The notes under the pieces are model-generated. The model had not been told where the DNA came from. It was given only the letters and a program-made list of their open reading frames with translations, and did not search any database. The translations under genes and the position numbers were made by a program. Below, piece after piece: positions 1 through 9,800 of a stretch of 64,000 nt of DNA. Origin of the DNA: Acidobacteriota bacterium (GTDB lineage: Bacteria; Acidobacteriota; UBA6911; RPQK01; JAJDTT01). The stretch is taken from the NCBI GenBank assembly GCA_965209055.1, contig OZ242374.1, forward strand, positions 2,848,001 through 2,912,000. Reading direction: 5' to 3'. Position 1 is the stretch's first letter. Every line of letters begins with the position of its first letter.

Positions 1-678
1 GATGTCTTGGCGCTGCACCGGGCCGATCCGCAGTTCCTGCCCGAAACGGAACTGGTGTCCGCCTGCATCGGACCTTTCATCGCCGGCCTGCACACCGCAG
101 CCAGCGTCGCCACATGTATGCTGTATGCGCTGCTCAAGCACCCCGAGACGCTGGCGCGGATGCTCCCCGAGGTGGACGAGCTGTTCGCCGGCGGCGGCCC
201 CACGGCCGGGAAGCTGCACGCGATGGATGTCACCCACCGCGTGGTGATGGAGACCCTGCGGCTATATCGAGTCGCACCGGTGCTGGTGCGCACGGTGGTC
301 AACACCTTCGAGTTTGCAGGGTTTCTGATCCCGGCTGGCACGACGGTCATGTTCGCCACCACCGTGCCGCATGTCCTGCCGGAATACTTCCCCGACCCGG
401 AACGGTTCGACATCGACCGCTACGCGCGGGAACGCGCCGAACACAGGGTGCCGGGAGTATACGCACCTTTCGGCTTGGGCACGCACCGCTGCCTGGGCAG
501 CGGCTTCGCGGAGGTCAGCCTGGTGCTGACGCTCGCGGCCATACTGCACGGGGCCGAAATCACCATGCATCCGCCCAGCTATCGACTGAAGATGAGCTAT
601 TCTACGGTGCGTCTCCGAAATCCAGCTTCAAGATCGTCATTACCCGCCGCCACTGAGATGCCTCGCCGCCAATCATGA
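1..678 (+). CDS. Cytochrome P450, C-terminal part (5' end outside window; probable -1 frameshift near 610, natural end probably 656)
   Basis: I-helix FIAGLHT, ExxR (ETLR), PERF and heme motif FGLGTHRCLG; frame open from base 1. The alternative frame ends SPKSSFKIVITRRH* at 656, a P450-like terminal beta-strand. Confidence 0.9.
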   Translation, partial: DVLALHRADPQFLPETELVSACIGPFIAGLHTAASVATCMLYALLKHPETLARMLPEVDELFAGGGPTAGKLHAMDVTHRVVMETLRLYRVAPVLVRTVVNTFEFAGFLIPAGTTVMFATTVPHVLPEYFPDPERFDIDRYARERAEHRVPGVYAPFGLGTHRCLGSGFAEVSLVLTLAAILHGAEITMHPPSYRLKMSYSTVRLRNPASRSSLPAATEMPRRQS

Positions 679-690
679 GGAATTTCGGGC

Positions 691-1806
691 ATGGCCAACT
701 CCAGCGAATCTCAACCGCATCTGTTCGCAACCTCGCCGCTGTCCCTCTGGTGGAGCCTCATACGAGAATATGGCGGTGTCGAGCGGCGGTACTGGGGAAA
801 GTTTGCGGGCATATTAGCGACGAGTACCCTCACGGCACCGTTGCGGCTCCTTGAGAGGCTTCGCTACGGCCTCCTGGTGGCGCGCACGGAGCTCCGCCGA
901 CCGCCGATCTTCATTCAGGGCTTTGCACGCTCCGGCACCACCCACCTTCACAACCTGATGGCGCATGATCCCGATCTGGGGTACGTGTCGACTTTTCATG
1001 CAGTCGCGGCCCCCTTCTTCCTGATCTCGCGCGGGTGGCTGGAGCGGCTCTTGGCCGGACGGCTCCCGTCGAAACGCCCGATGGACAATGTTGCGGTTTC
1101 CCTGGGCCTCCCCCAGGAAGAGGAATTGGCCGTTGCCGCCGTGTCCCGGCTTTCGGCCGTGCACCAGCTCTCGTTTCCGGGGCGGGCGAGGGAAATCGTG
1201 GCGAAGATGGGGGCCATGCGGCTGACCGAGGCCGAGATGAGGGAGTGGCGGGACAGCTATCTGCACGTGCTGCGCAAGGCCACGCTGGCTTCGGAGGGAC
1301 GCCGGCTGGTGCTCAAGTCGCCAGCCAACCTGGGCCGGACCGCCTTGCTGCGCCGACTGTTTCCCGACGCGAAGTTCATCTTCGTCGTGCGCAATCCGTA
1401 TGTCGTGTTCCTTTCCACGATGAAGCTCTTCCGTACTCTGATTCCCATGTACCGGCTTCAGGATGTGGACTGGGACGATATCGAGACCTCGGTGTTTTCC
1501 AACTACGTTGAAATGACCCGCCGGTACATGCACGACCGGGCGTCGATACCGAAGGGGAACCTGATCGAAGTGCACTTCGAGGACATCGAGGCGGACGCGA
1601 TGGGCGTCCTGGAACGCATCTATGCGGCGTTGAGTTTGCCGGGTTGGGACCAGGCGCGAGAGCCTGTCGCAAAATACCTCGGGACATTGTCCGGCTACCG
1701 TAAGAACCGTTATCTGTTCGATCGGCCCTTGATTGACAAGGTGGACCGGGAGTGGGGGTTCGCCGTGCGTGAATGGGGCTACGAACCGCCGAACACAATG
1801 GACTGA
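691..1806 (+). CDS. PAPS-dependent sulfotransferase, Stf3-like (Sulfotransfer_3)
   Basis: 5'-PSB motif PIFIQGFARSGTTHLHNL, RPMDN..PQEEE, LKSP, 3'-PB motif FVVRNPY, YRKNRY near the C-terminus. Confidence 0.9.
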   Translation: MANSSESQPHLFATSPLSLWWSLIREYGGVERRYWGKFAGILATSTLTAPLRLLERLRYGLLVARTELRRPPIFIQGFARSGTTHLHNLMAHDPDLGYVSTFHAVAAPFFLISRGWLERLLAGRLPSKRPMDNVAVSLGLPQEEELAVAAVSRLSAVHQLSFPGRAREIVAKMGAMRLTEAEMREWRDSYLHVLRKATLASEGRRLVLKSPANLGRTALLRRLFPDAKFIFVVRNPYVVFLSTMKLFRTLIPMYRLQDVDWDDIETSVFSNYVEMTRRYMHDRASIPKGNLIEVHFEDIEADAMGVLERIYAALSLPGWDQAREPVAKYLGTLSGYRKNRYLFDRPLIDKVDREWGFAVREWGYEPPNTMD

Positions 1807-1913
1807 CCGCGGCGATAGGGCATCTGTCGCCCGCTTCGGTTGCCAGCTATCCCTGGCCATTGGCCACGCTTGGAACGAAAGATACCCCGGCGTGGGGGAC
1901 AAGAAAGTCCCCC

Positions 1914-3449
1914 CTAGCGAAACCGAATCGAGTAGAGGTCGGCGTCCTGCATGACGAACCGGAGCCGAATCGGCTTGCCCGAGAGCGGGCCGACGCCGGG
2001 ACCCTTCTTCCAATGAACCACCCGTTCCAGATGATCCCCGAAGATCTCGGGACAGTCGTCCAAAGTGTAGCCGGGGAGCGGTTTCCCCCCGGCGTCCTGG
2101 ATCTCCACCCGGACGCTCCCGGCGACCGACGTGGAGAAGTTCATCTCCAGCCGATCGCCGTCGAACACCAGGGGCCGGGTGGTGAACTCGCCACCCTTGG
2201 CGGGAGCGTTGACGGAGACGAAACCGTCCACCCGAAGGACGAAACGGCGCAGATTGGTGTATGCCCCCCGCCAGTAGTGCTCCGTGGCGTAGATGGAAAT
2301 CTCGTCGGGTGCGCCCGGCAGGTCCGACTCGGTCTCGATCAGCCCCCAGTTCTGGTAGTTGTCGCCGTAAACCCAATTGTCGGTGTAGCGCAGTCCCGGA
2401 CGGATGAAGGCTTCCCCCCAGCGATGGAACTCCTGGCCGTCGCGGCTGCTCATGAAGAGCCCGTCGGTCAGGGCGGTCCCGTACCGCTCCGAACTCACCT
2501 TTCTACCCGATGCTGTGGTGTAGTTGCGGACGTTGGCCCGGGCCAGGCGCTCCTCCAGCTCCGGTAGCGCCCTCATGGCGTCGGACCAGCCCCGGTCCAG
2601 GTAGCGGGCCGGAAAGCCCAGGTAGATGTGGGGCGCCCGGTAGTAGGGAATGATGTTGTTGGTGTAGAGCTGCTCGGGCGGCGCCCCGGGGTATTCCAAC
2701 CACTCCCCCGGCGTCCAATGGACGAAATCGTGGGAGATGGCGGTCTTGATGTCCCGGAGGCCGTCCCTGAAATCCCGGTAGTAGGCCCGGTAATGGCCCT
2801 TCCGGTGGTCCCAGAAAGCCAGGTTGTGGCTGTCGAACGCCCCGTCGGTCAGGACCGGCTCGTCTTGGACCGGGGACCAGCGGATGCCGTCCGCCGACTG
2901 GGCGGCCATGAGTCCGCCGTTGCCGTTGTAGAAAGCCTTGTATCGCGCCTCCGGGGCGCAATCGGGATTCGTGTCCTTGAACGCGCCCCAATTGTCCAGG
3001 TTCTCACTGGCCCAGACGATGTTGTTCCGCTTGGAGCCGTTGAACTCGAACCGTCCCACGTCCGGTCTGACCCAGTTCTTGCCGTCCTTGCTCTCGGCGT
3101 AGCCGATGAAGACGTCGTGGACGGGAATGCTCGAAGGCTCGTGGGCCCAGGAGTCGTAATACATCCGGAAGAGGTCGCCATCGCGAAAGATGGAGTAGTA
3201 GTTGCAGCCATTCCCCTCCCAGAGCTTGTCGTGGTGCAAGACGATCTCTTTGGGCATGGGATGGTGCATTTGCAGGCGGACTCCGGACTGCTCCTGGATC
3301 AGGAAGCCGTCGACGAACAACTCGCGCTTCGAGCCCATGTCGTAGGCGGATTGCTCCCCCGCCGCGCTGGGAATCCAAAGCTCCAGAACGAAGATGAGGA
3401 CCGCGAGGCTCCGGAATGCGGTTCGACAGGCCAAGTTGCTTGAGATCAT
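1914..3449 (-). CDS. Secreted glycoside-hydrolase-like beta-propeller protein (GH32/43/130-like clan) with C-terminal beta-sandwich
   Basis: Signal peptide; RELFVD; repeated SxDGxxW boxes (SKDGKNW, SADGIRW, SRDGQEF); LRVDGFVS; GGAGG RBS before ATG 3449. Confidence 0.75.
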   Translation of the reverse strand: MISSNLACRTAFRSLAVLIFVLELWIPSAAGEQSAYDMGSKRELFVDGFLIQEQSGVRLQMHHPMPKEIVLHHDKLWEGNGCNYYSIFRDGDLFRMYYDSWAHEPSSIPVHDVFIGYAESKDGKNWVRPDVGRFEFNGSKRNNIVWASENLDNWGAFKDTNPDCAPEARYKAFYNGNGGLMAAQSADGIRWSPVQDEPVLTDGAFDSHNLAFWDHRKGHYRAYYRDFRDGLRDIKTAISHDFVHWTPGEWLEYPGAPPEQLYTNNIIPYYRAPHIYLGFPARYLDRGWSDAMRALPELEERLARANVRNYTTASGRKVSSERYGTALTDGLFMSSRDGQEFHRWGEAFIRPGLRYTDNWVYGDNYQNWGLIETESDLPGAPDEISIYATEHYWRGAYTNLRRFVLRVDGFVSVNAPAKGGEFTTRPLVFDGDRLEMNFSTSVAGSVRVEIQDAGGKPLPGYTLDDCPEIFGDHLERVVHWKKGPGVGPLSGKPIRLRFVMQDADLYSIRFR

Positions 3450-3557
3450 CGACTTCCTCCCCGGCTGTTCCAAGCCCTTATCGTACACGTCCGGCTGCCG
3501 GCAATTCGCTCAAATGCCAGTTCGTAATTCTTGATTGCCGCCAGTATGATGGCGCGC

Positions 3558-4679
3558 ATGAACGTGGGGGTGGTGGGCGCCGGCATTTTCGGTCTGGCGG
3601 CAGCGCTGGAGCTTCGAGACCGGGGCCACCGGGTGACCGTTCTGGAGCAGGAAGGGATTCCGGGACCCCGGGCCAGTTCCAACGACGTCTCCAAGGTCAT
3701 TCGCCGCATCGGCTACCAGCACGAGACCTACGTCGAGCTGGTCGAACGCGCCGAGCGCCGGTGGAGGGCGTGGCAGGAACAGATGGGCGGGTCGTTCCTC
3801 TTCCGGACAGGACAGGTGTCGATCGTCAGCGGCTCCTCCCACTACATTTCCCACTATCGGACCTGGTCGGGCCCCGACCTGACCGAGGACAGCTCCCAAT
3901 ACCTGACTGTGCAGGAAGCCCGCGTCCGGTTCCCCCATTTCCATTTCCATGACGACGACAAGGTTCGCTACGACCCTTGGACCGGTTACCTTCGCAGCGG
4001 ACAGGCAGTGGCCGATCTGTCCGGTCTGGCCCAGGCCCGGGGCGTGGAGATCCGATCCGAGTCTCCGGTCACTGAACTGGAAGATACCGAAAACGGAGTC
4101 CGTCTCCGGTGCGGTGGCCAGACCCTGCTCTTCGATCGGGTCGTGGCGGCCGCGGGCGCCTGGATCGTCCGTCTCTGGCCGGCGCTTGCCGAATCCCTCT
4201 ACCTGACCCGCAACCAGATGGCGTTTTTCGTCCCCCGGGACCCGGAGCTCTTCAGCCGGCAGAACCTGCCGGTCTGGTCCGTGAACACGGGGAAGGAGGC
4301 CTGGTACGGGTTTCCCATGCTGTTGGAGGGCTACGTCAAGGTCGCCGACGATCTCAAGGTGGACGAGACCCACCCGGAAGTGGAGCGGACCAACACCCGG
4401 CGCTTTCTCGAAATGGTCTCCCGATTCATCGAGGAGCGCATGCCCGGACTGCGCGGCGCCGAGATGGTGGGCGGGCGTTCCTGCCTGTACACCAACACTC
4501 CCGACGACCATTTCGTCATCGACTGGGCCCCGGGCGCCCGGCGGATCCTGATCGCCGGTTGCGGCAGTGGCCACGGCTTCAAGTTCGGCGGCTCCATCGG
4601 CCCCGTCATCGCCGATGCTTTGGAGGAGAAGCACAATCCCCTGGGAGAACTGTTCCGGATCGGCGCCCGTTTCGATTAA
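3558..4679 (+). CDS. FAD-dependent oxidoreductase, monomeric sarcosine oxidase / N-methyltryptophan oxidase family
   Basis: GAGIFG dinucleotide motif, SSNDVSKVIR, CLYTNTPDDHFVID (covalent-FAD Cys), GHGFKF. Confidence 0.88.
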   Translation: MNVGVVGAGIFGLAAALELRDRGHRVTVLEQEGIPGPRASSNDVSKVIRRIGYQHETYVELVERAERRWRAWQEQMGGSFLFRTGQVSIVSGSSHYISHYRTWSGPDLTEDSSQYLTVQEARVRFPHFHFHDDDKVRYDPWTGYLRSGQAVADLSGLAQARGVEIRSESPVTELEDTENGVRLRCGGQTLLFDRVVAAAGAWIVRLWPALAESLYLTRNQMAFFVPRDPELFSRQNLPVWSVNTGKEAWYGFPMLLEGYVKVADDLKVDETHPEVERTNTRRFLEMVSRFIEERMPGLRGAEMVGGRSCLYTNTPDDHFVIDWAPGARRILIAGCGSGHGFKFGGSIGPVIADALEEKHNPLGELFRIGARFD

Positions 4680-4739
4680 GAACCGCTTCGAAACGAGTTC
4701 CATGGCAACGCGGGGGAATTCGTCACGAAAGGGCATGAA

Positions 4740-5741
4740 ATGAGTGAGCGGGCCAGAGCACTTTACGACGGCGCCATCGTCATCGACGGTCTGAATGTGA
4801 GCAACTGGGACAGCCCGGCGGTGTATGCGAGCCTGCAACAGGGCCGCATCACCGCCATCAGCGCCACCCTGGCGACCTGGGAGGGCTTTCAGGAGACGAT
4901 GGACACCGTCGCCGGCTGGCTGCGCCGGTTTCGGGAGCGGGACGACATTGTCCAGGTCAAGAGCACGGAAGACATCCGGCAAGCCAAGCGGTCCGGCCGC
5001 ACCGGCGTCATTCTCAGCTTCCAGAATGCCTCGCCCATCGAAAACGATCTGGATCGGCTGGCGCTCTTTCACGCGTTGGGAGTGAAGGTCATTCAACTCA
5101 CGTACCACGAGCGGAATCTGCTGGGCAACGGGTGCTTCGAGCGCCGCGACGACGGCTTGAGCAATTTCGGCGTGGATGCGGTCCGGGAGATGAACCGCCT
5201 GGGGATCCTCATCGACCTCTCCCACGTGGGGGACCGGACGACGCTGGAGGCCATCGAGGTTTCTGAGAAGCCCGTGACGGTCACCCATGCCAACGCGCGC
5301 GCCTTCTACGACCATCCCCGGAACAAGCAGGACGAGGCGCTGAAGCGGTTGGCGGCCAAGGGTGGCGTCGTGGGGACGACCCCCTTCAGCCTTTTTCTGC
5401 CGAAGCGGTTCGAGTCCACCCTGGAGGACTACATCGACGCCGTCGACGACATGGTGCAGCGGGTCGGCATCGATCACGTGGCGGTGGGGACCGACAACAC
5501 CCAGGACCAGCCGCTCTCCTTCTGGCGTTACATCACCTCCCAGCAGGGGACCGGCTACCCGTCTACGTTCAGCGACACGTCCCTGGACTACCTGAACCTT
5601 CCCTTCCAGCCCAAGGACCTGGAGGGGCCGCACAAATTCCCCAATCTCGCGGATGCCCTGCTGAACCGGGGGTATTCGGACGAGGACACTCTGAAGATCC
5701 TGGGCCGGAACTGGATGCGGATCTTCGAAGAAGTGTGGTAG
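4740..5741 (+). CDS. Membrane dipeptidase (peptidase M19)
   Basis: QLTYHERN, EMNRLGILIDLSHVG, THAN, HPRNKQDE, GIDHVAVGTD, KILGRNWMR. Confidence 0.92.
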   Translation: MSERARALYDGAIVIDGLNVSNWDSPAVYASLQQGRITAISATLATWEGFQETMDTVAGWLRRFRERDDIVQVKSTEDIRQAKRSGRTGVILSFQNASPIENDLDRLALFHALGVKVIQLTYHERNLLGNGCFERRDDGLSNFGVDAVREMNRLGILIDLSHVGDRTTLEAIEVSEKPVTVTHANARAFYDHPRNKQDEALKRLAAKGGVVGTTPFSLFLPKRFESTLEDYIDAVDDMVQRVGIDHVAVGTDNTQDQPLSFWRYITSQQGTGYPSTFSDTSLDYLNLPFQPKDLEGPHKFPNLADALLNRGYSDEDTLKILGRNWMRIFEEVW

Positions 5742-5781
5742 CCGGCCATCGAATGGGCCACCCGGCCCGGGGACTCGACCC

Positions 5782-6804
5782 ATGAATGAGAGTGGAGGCG
5801 GAGGTCTTCCGGACCCGGGAATCCTGTTCCGGGCCCGGGACAGCATCTACGCCTCCGACCTGCTGCTCGCCGCCGCCGTCCACCTGGACCTGTTCTCCCG
5901 GCTGGAGACCCGGGTCATGGACCGGCACGCGATCTGTTCCGCGCTGGGAATCCAAGACCGCCCGGCGGACGTGATGATGACGCTGTTCACCGCCATGGGC
6001 CTGGTGCGCCGCCGGGACCAAGGCTTCGTATTGACGTCGCTCTCCAGGACCTTCCTGACCCGAGGCTCCCGGCGCAGTCTGCTTCCTTACTTTGCTTCGT
6101 TGGGGACGCGGTCCGTCTGCCGGTCGATGGTGAACGTGCTCCGCACCGCCGAACCGGAGAGCTGGGCCGACGGCGGCCGGCAGGAGTGGGTGTCCGCCAT
6201 GGAAGATGCGGAATTCGCCGGCTCGTTCACGGCCGCCATGGACAGCCGGGGCGCCTACTTCGCTCCTCTCCTGGCCAGGTGCCTGAATTGCCGGGACCGG
6301 ATGCGGTTGCTGGACATCGGCGGCGGGTCGGGAATCTACGCTTGCCATCTCGTGCTGGAGCACCCGCATCTTGAGGCGTCGATTCTGGAGAAACCACCCG
6401 CAGACGCTGTCGCGGGCGGCTTCATCGAGACCATGGGCCTCTCCCATCGAATCGGGATCGTCGCTGGCGACATGTTCGACGGGATACCCTCCGGATACGA
6501 CGCTCACCTTTTCTCCAACGTGCTGCACGACTGGGACCGGGGCAATGTCGAGCGTGTCCTCGCCCGCTCCTTCGAATCGCTCATGCCCGGAGGACTGATC
6601 GCTATTCACGATACGCACATCAACGCCGGCAAGACCGGACCCCTGGAGGTCGCCGAATACTCGGTGCTGCTGATGTATTCGACGGAGGGGAAATGCTATT
6701 CGGTATCGGAGATGAACGGCCTGCTTGAAGCCACCGGCTTCGTTGACTTCCAATTCGTCCCGATGAAGTGTCATCGGAGCCTGATCACGGCGAGAAAACC
6801 TTGA
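5782..6804 (+). CDS. SAM-dependent O-methyltransferase (Methyltransf_2 with dimerisation domain)
   Basis: LLDIGGGSG, GDMF, NVLHDW; N-terminal helical dimerisation domain. Confidence 0.9.
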   Translation: MNESGGGGLPDPGILFRARDSIYASDLLLAAAVHLDLFSRLETRVMDRHAICSALGIQDRPADVMMTLFTAMGLVRRRDQGFVLTSLSRTFLTRGSRRSLLPYFASLGTRSVCRSMVNVLRTAEPESWADGGRQEWVSAMEDAEFAGSFTAAMDSRGAYFAPLLARCLNCRDRMRLLDIGGGSGIYACHLVLEHPHLEASILEKPPADAVAGGFIETMGLSHRIGIVAGDMFDGIPSGYDAHLFSNVLHDWDRGNVERVLARSFESLMPGGLIAIHDTHINAGKTGPLEVAEYSVLLMYSTEGKCYSVSEMNGLLEATGFVDFQFVPMKCHRSLITARKP

Positions 6805-6833
6805 GCCGGGTGTCGTCTTGTTACTGCCGGAAG

Positions 6834-6889
6834 TCGGCGATTTGGAATCCGCCGCTCCAGGGCAATCGGCGGTTGGAAACCGCCGCTCC
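6834..6889. repeat. Two tandem REP-like palindromes between convergent genes
   Basis: TCGGCGATTTGGAATCCGCCGCTCC and TCGGCGGTTGGAAACCGCCGCTCC; same family recurs at about 30514-30620 and 39834-39916. Confidence 0.8.
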
Positions 6890-6895
6890 CGCGCC

Positions 6896-9800
6896 TCAGA
6901 AGTTGAGCCGGAGAGACACCTGAAACTGCCTCCCCAGGAATCTCGAGGTGAACGAGAACGGCTCCGTCACCGCTCCCCGGCGTCCCTCGTAGGAGGACGG
7001 GAGTTCCTCCAGGGTCAGTCTTCCCACGGTCCCGTTGACCTTCCTCAGATTGGTGCGGTGGAACATGTTGAAGCCGTCGATGACGACGTCCAGGCTCTTG
7101 CCCTCGAACAGGGAGAACCGGCGCTTCACGCGCATGTCCACGGTGAAGTAGTCGGGCCCGATGCCGACGTTCCGGCCCACTCCCCAGGGCCGGTGGGTGC
7201 TGGTGTGGCGGTCGCCCACGTTGTCGTATCCGGCGAGGAGATTGAAGGGGGCGAAGGAGCGTTTGGTGACGATCCCGGAAAGGGTCAGGTCGCCGAACAG
7301 GTTGTTTCGCAATCCTCGACCCCGGCCCGCCTTCCAGGGGAGATTCCCGATGGTCCTCAGGACGAAGCGGTGACCGCGGTGGAAGGAGGACAGGGCCCGT
7401 TCCGCCTTTGCGTCCCACTGCAGATGAGGCTGGAACGCCGAGTTGAAGTCGGTGTTCTCGTCGATGGCCTTGCTCCAGGTGTGATGCGCCGAGATGGTGA
7501 GAATCTTCGAAAAACGCTTTTCCAGTTGCAGGAGAAGGGCGTGATAGAAGGAATTGGCCCAACTGCCGTACCTGTTGTCCTGCAGCAGGTCCGGGCGGTG
7601 GAACCCGACAATGGGCCGTCCCCGGGCGTCGGTCCCGGCGCGATAGACGTTGACGTCGAGAGAGCGGACCACGTGGACGCCGCGGTTGAAGTTGTATCCG
7701 GCCGACAGGGCGAAGCCTCCCAACTCCCTCTGAACCTCCAGGCTGGCCTGCTGGGCGTAGGGGTTCACGATGTCGTCGGCCACATCGAACCCGACGCGGA
7801 AGGGCAGGTCGCGGGCCGGAACCAGACCGTGCAACGCCAGATCCTCGGCTGAGATCCGCCGCCGGCCCAGGACGCCCAGGTCAAGGAGCGACCGGTAGAT
7901 TTGCGACGACGTGAGGGGTTGTCCCGTCAGTGAACTTTCGATTCCCGGGATGCCGGTTCGCGGGACGTAGACTTGGAGGATCTGCTGGGCTTCCTCTCCG
8001 AACAGGTCTTTGATGTGCGTGATCTGGCGGTTGATCCGCGCGAAAAAGATTCCGTAGCCGCCGCGCACGACGGTCTTGGGATTGGGGCTCCAGGCGAAGC
8101 CGGCCCGCGGCCCGAAGTTGTTGTTGTCCTGGGGAAACCCCGCCTTTCGGAAGAGGTCGTAACGCACTCCCAGGGTCAACAGGAAGCTCTGATGGACCCG
8201 CCACGAGTCCTCCACGAAGAACCCGAAGGAATTCGCCCATCGGGTCCAGTGAGGATCGCCGAAACCCTGCTGGTAGGCGAGGGGCAGGCCCAGCGCGTAG
8301 GCCTGAAGCGAGGTCATGGGCTCGTCGACCGCCGCCGCCAACTGGGGAGAATCGGAACGCAGCAACGACTCCCTGATCGATCGGGAAGCGCCGCTGCCGA
8401 CCTGGTCGTCGATCGCAGCCGAAAGGGGCACGCCCTCCCCGAAGACGAATCGCCCGCTGAAAAAGGTCTCGGAACGGCCGCTGTCGTAGAAGGTGTAGAT
8501 GTCCGCGCCGAACTTGACCGTATGTTTGCCGGAGACGTAGGTGAAGTTCTGCCGCGCTTGCCCCATGCGCTCGATGTTCCGGATCGGCAGGATCAGATCT
8601 CTTCCGAATTGGCCGAATCCGTTGATGTCGATGGCAGGGCCGTAGGGGTCGGTGGGTTCAATGCCGAAGTCGTGGTACGCAAATCCCAGCCAGGTCTCGC
8701 CGATCCACTTGGCGCCCATCACGAGGCTGTTGCCGAGTGCCAGGGAGAAATCGTTCAGGTGCTTGTCGCGTCCGCGGTTGCGGGCCACCAGTGCTCCGAA
8801 GTCGGTGTTCTCGCTGTCCTGTCCTGTCCAGTTCCCGCGCAGGAAGAGATTGTGTCCGGGCCCGAACGCGTGGTCGAAACGGCTCATGAACTGCTGGCGC
8901 TCCTCCGCGAAGGGGAAGAGCCCGCTGTTTTCCTCGAACAGGGACACCACGTGGGAGTCGTTTCCCGGAATCAATGACGTCGAGAGCAGTCGTGCCAGCG
9001 ACTTGGCGTGGGGTGGGGACGCGCCGTTGGCGAGGGCTTCGGCCAGGGCCTGCTGCGACGGTGTCAGTTCGTAGAGAAACGCCTCGCTCCTGAGCAGGGG
9101 AACGTATCCCATCTGGTGGCGGTCGAGACGCTCGTACGCGCTGAAGAAAAACGTCTTTCCGGGCACGATGGGACCGCCGAAGGACGCCCCGCTCTGAGCC
9201 CGGGTGTATTCCCAGCCATCCGGAATGCTGGGAATGTAGGCTTGAAAGCGGCGGTTTCGCAGAACTCCGAAAATGGATCCGCGGAAATCGTTGCTTCCTC
9301 CTTTGGTAACGATGTTGATGGCTCCCCCGGGCGCCCCGCCCAGTTCGGCGGAGAACGAGTTCCGGTTGACCTGGAACTCCCGCACCGCGTCCTGGCTGAT
9401 GGAGGACCGGACGCCGCCGGTGGCGTAGTTGTTGTTCAGGCCGTCGATGGTGAAGGCGTTGCCGCGGCCGCCGCCGCCGCCGATGCCGAGGCCGGACGCG
9501 GGGGCCGGGGCGAGCCGATGGTCTTTGTCATCCGCCACGTAGCTCGAGTCGACGACACCCGGGATCAGGAGGGCCAGGGCCAGATAGTCGCGGCGGTTGA
9601 TGGGGAGGTCCTCGATGCTGACGGAGTCGATGTGGTTGGACTGCTGGGTCTTGTCATGGGAGACGATGGTTCGCGTTGCCTCGGCCGTGATTTCGATTGC
9701 CGCGGCGGCCGCCGCCAGCTCCGCGGAGAAGGTCCGGGTCTCTCCCACCCGCACCTCCAGATCCTCGACCACGTAGGGTGCGAAACCTGGAAAATCAAAG

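Noticed and set aside
6834-6889. Short repeats with spacers considered as a mini CRISPR array
   Set aside because: Only 2-3 degenerate units per site, spacers of a few bp, mixed orientation and no cas genes; they fit REP elements.
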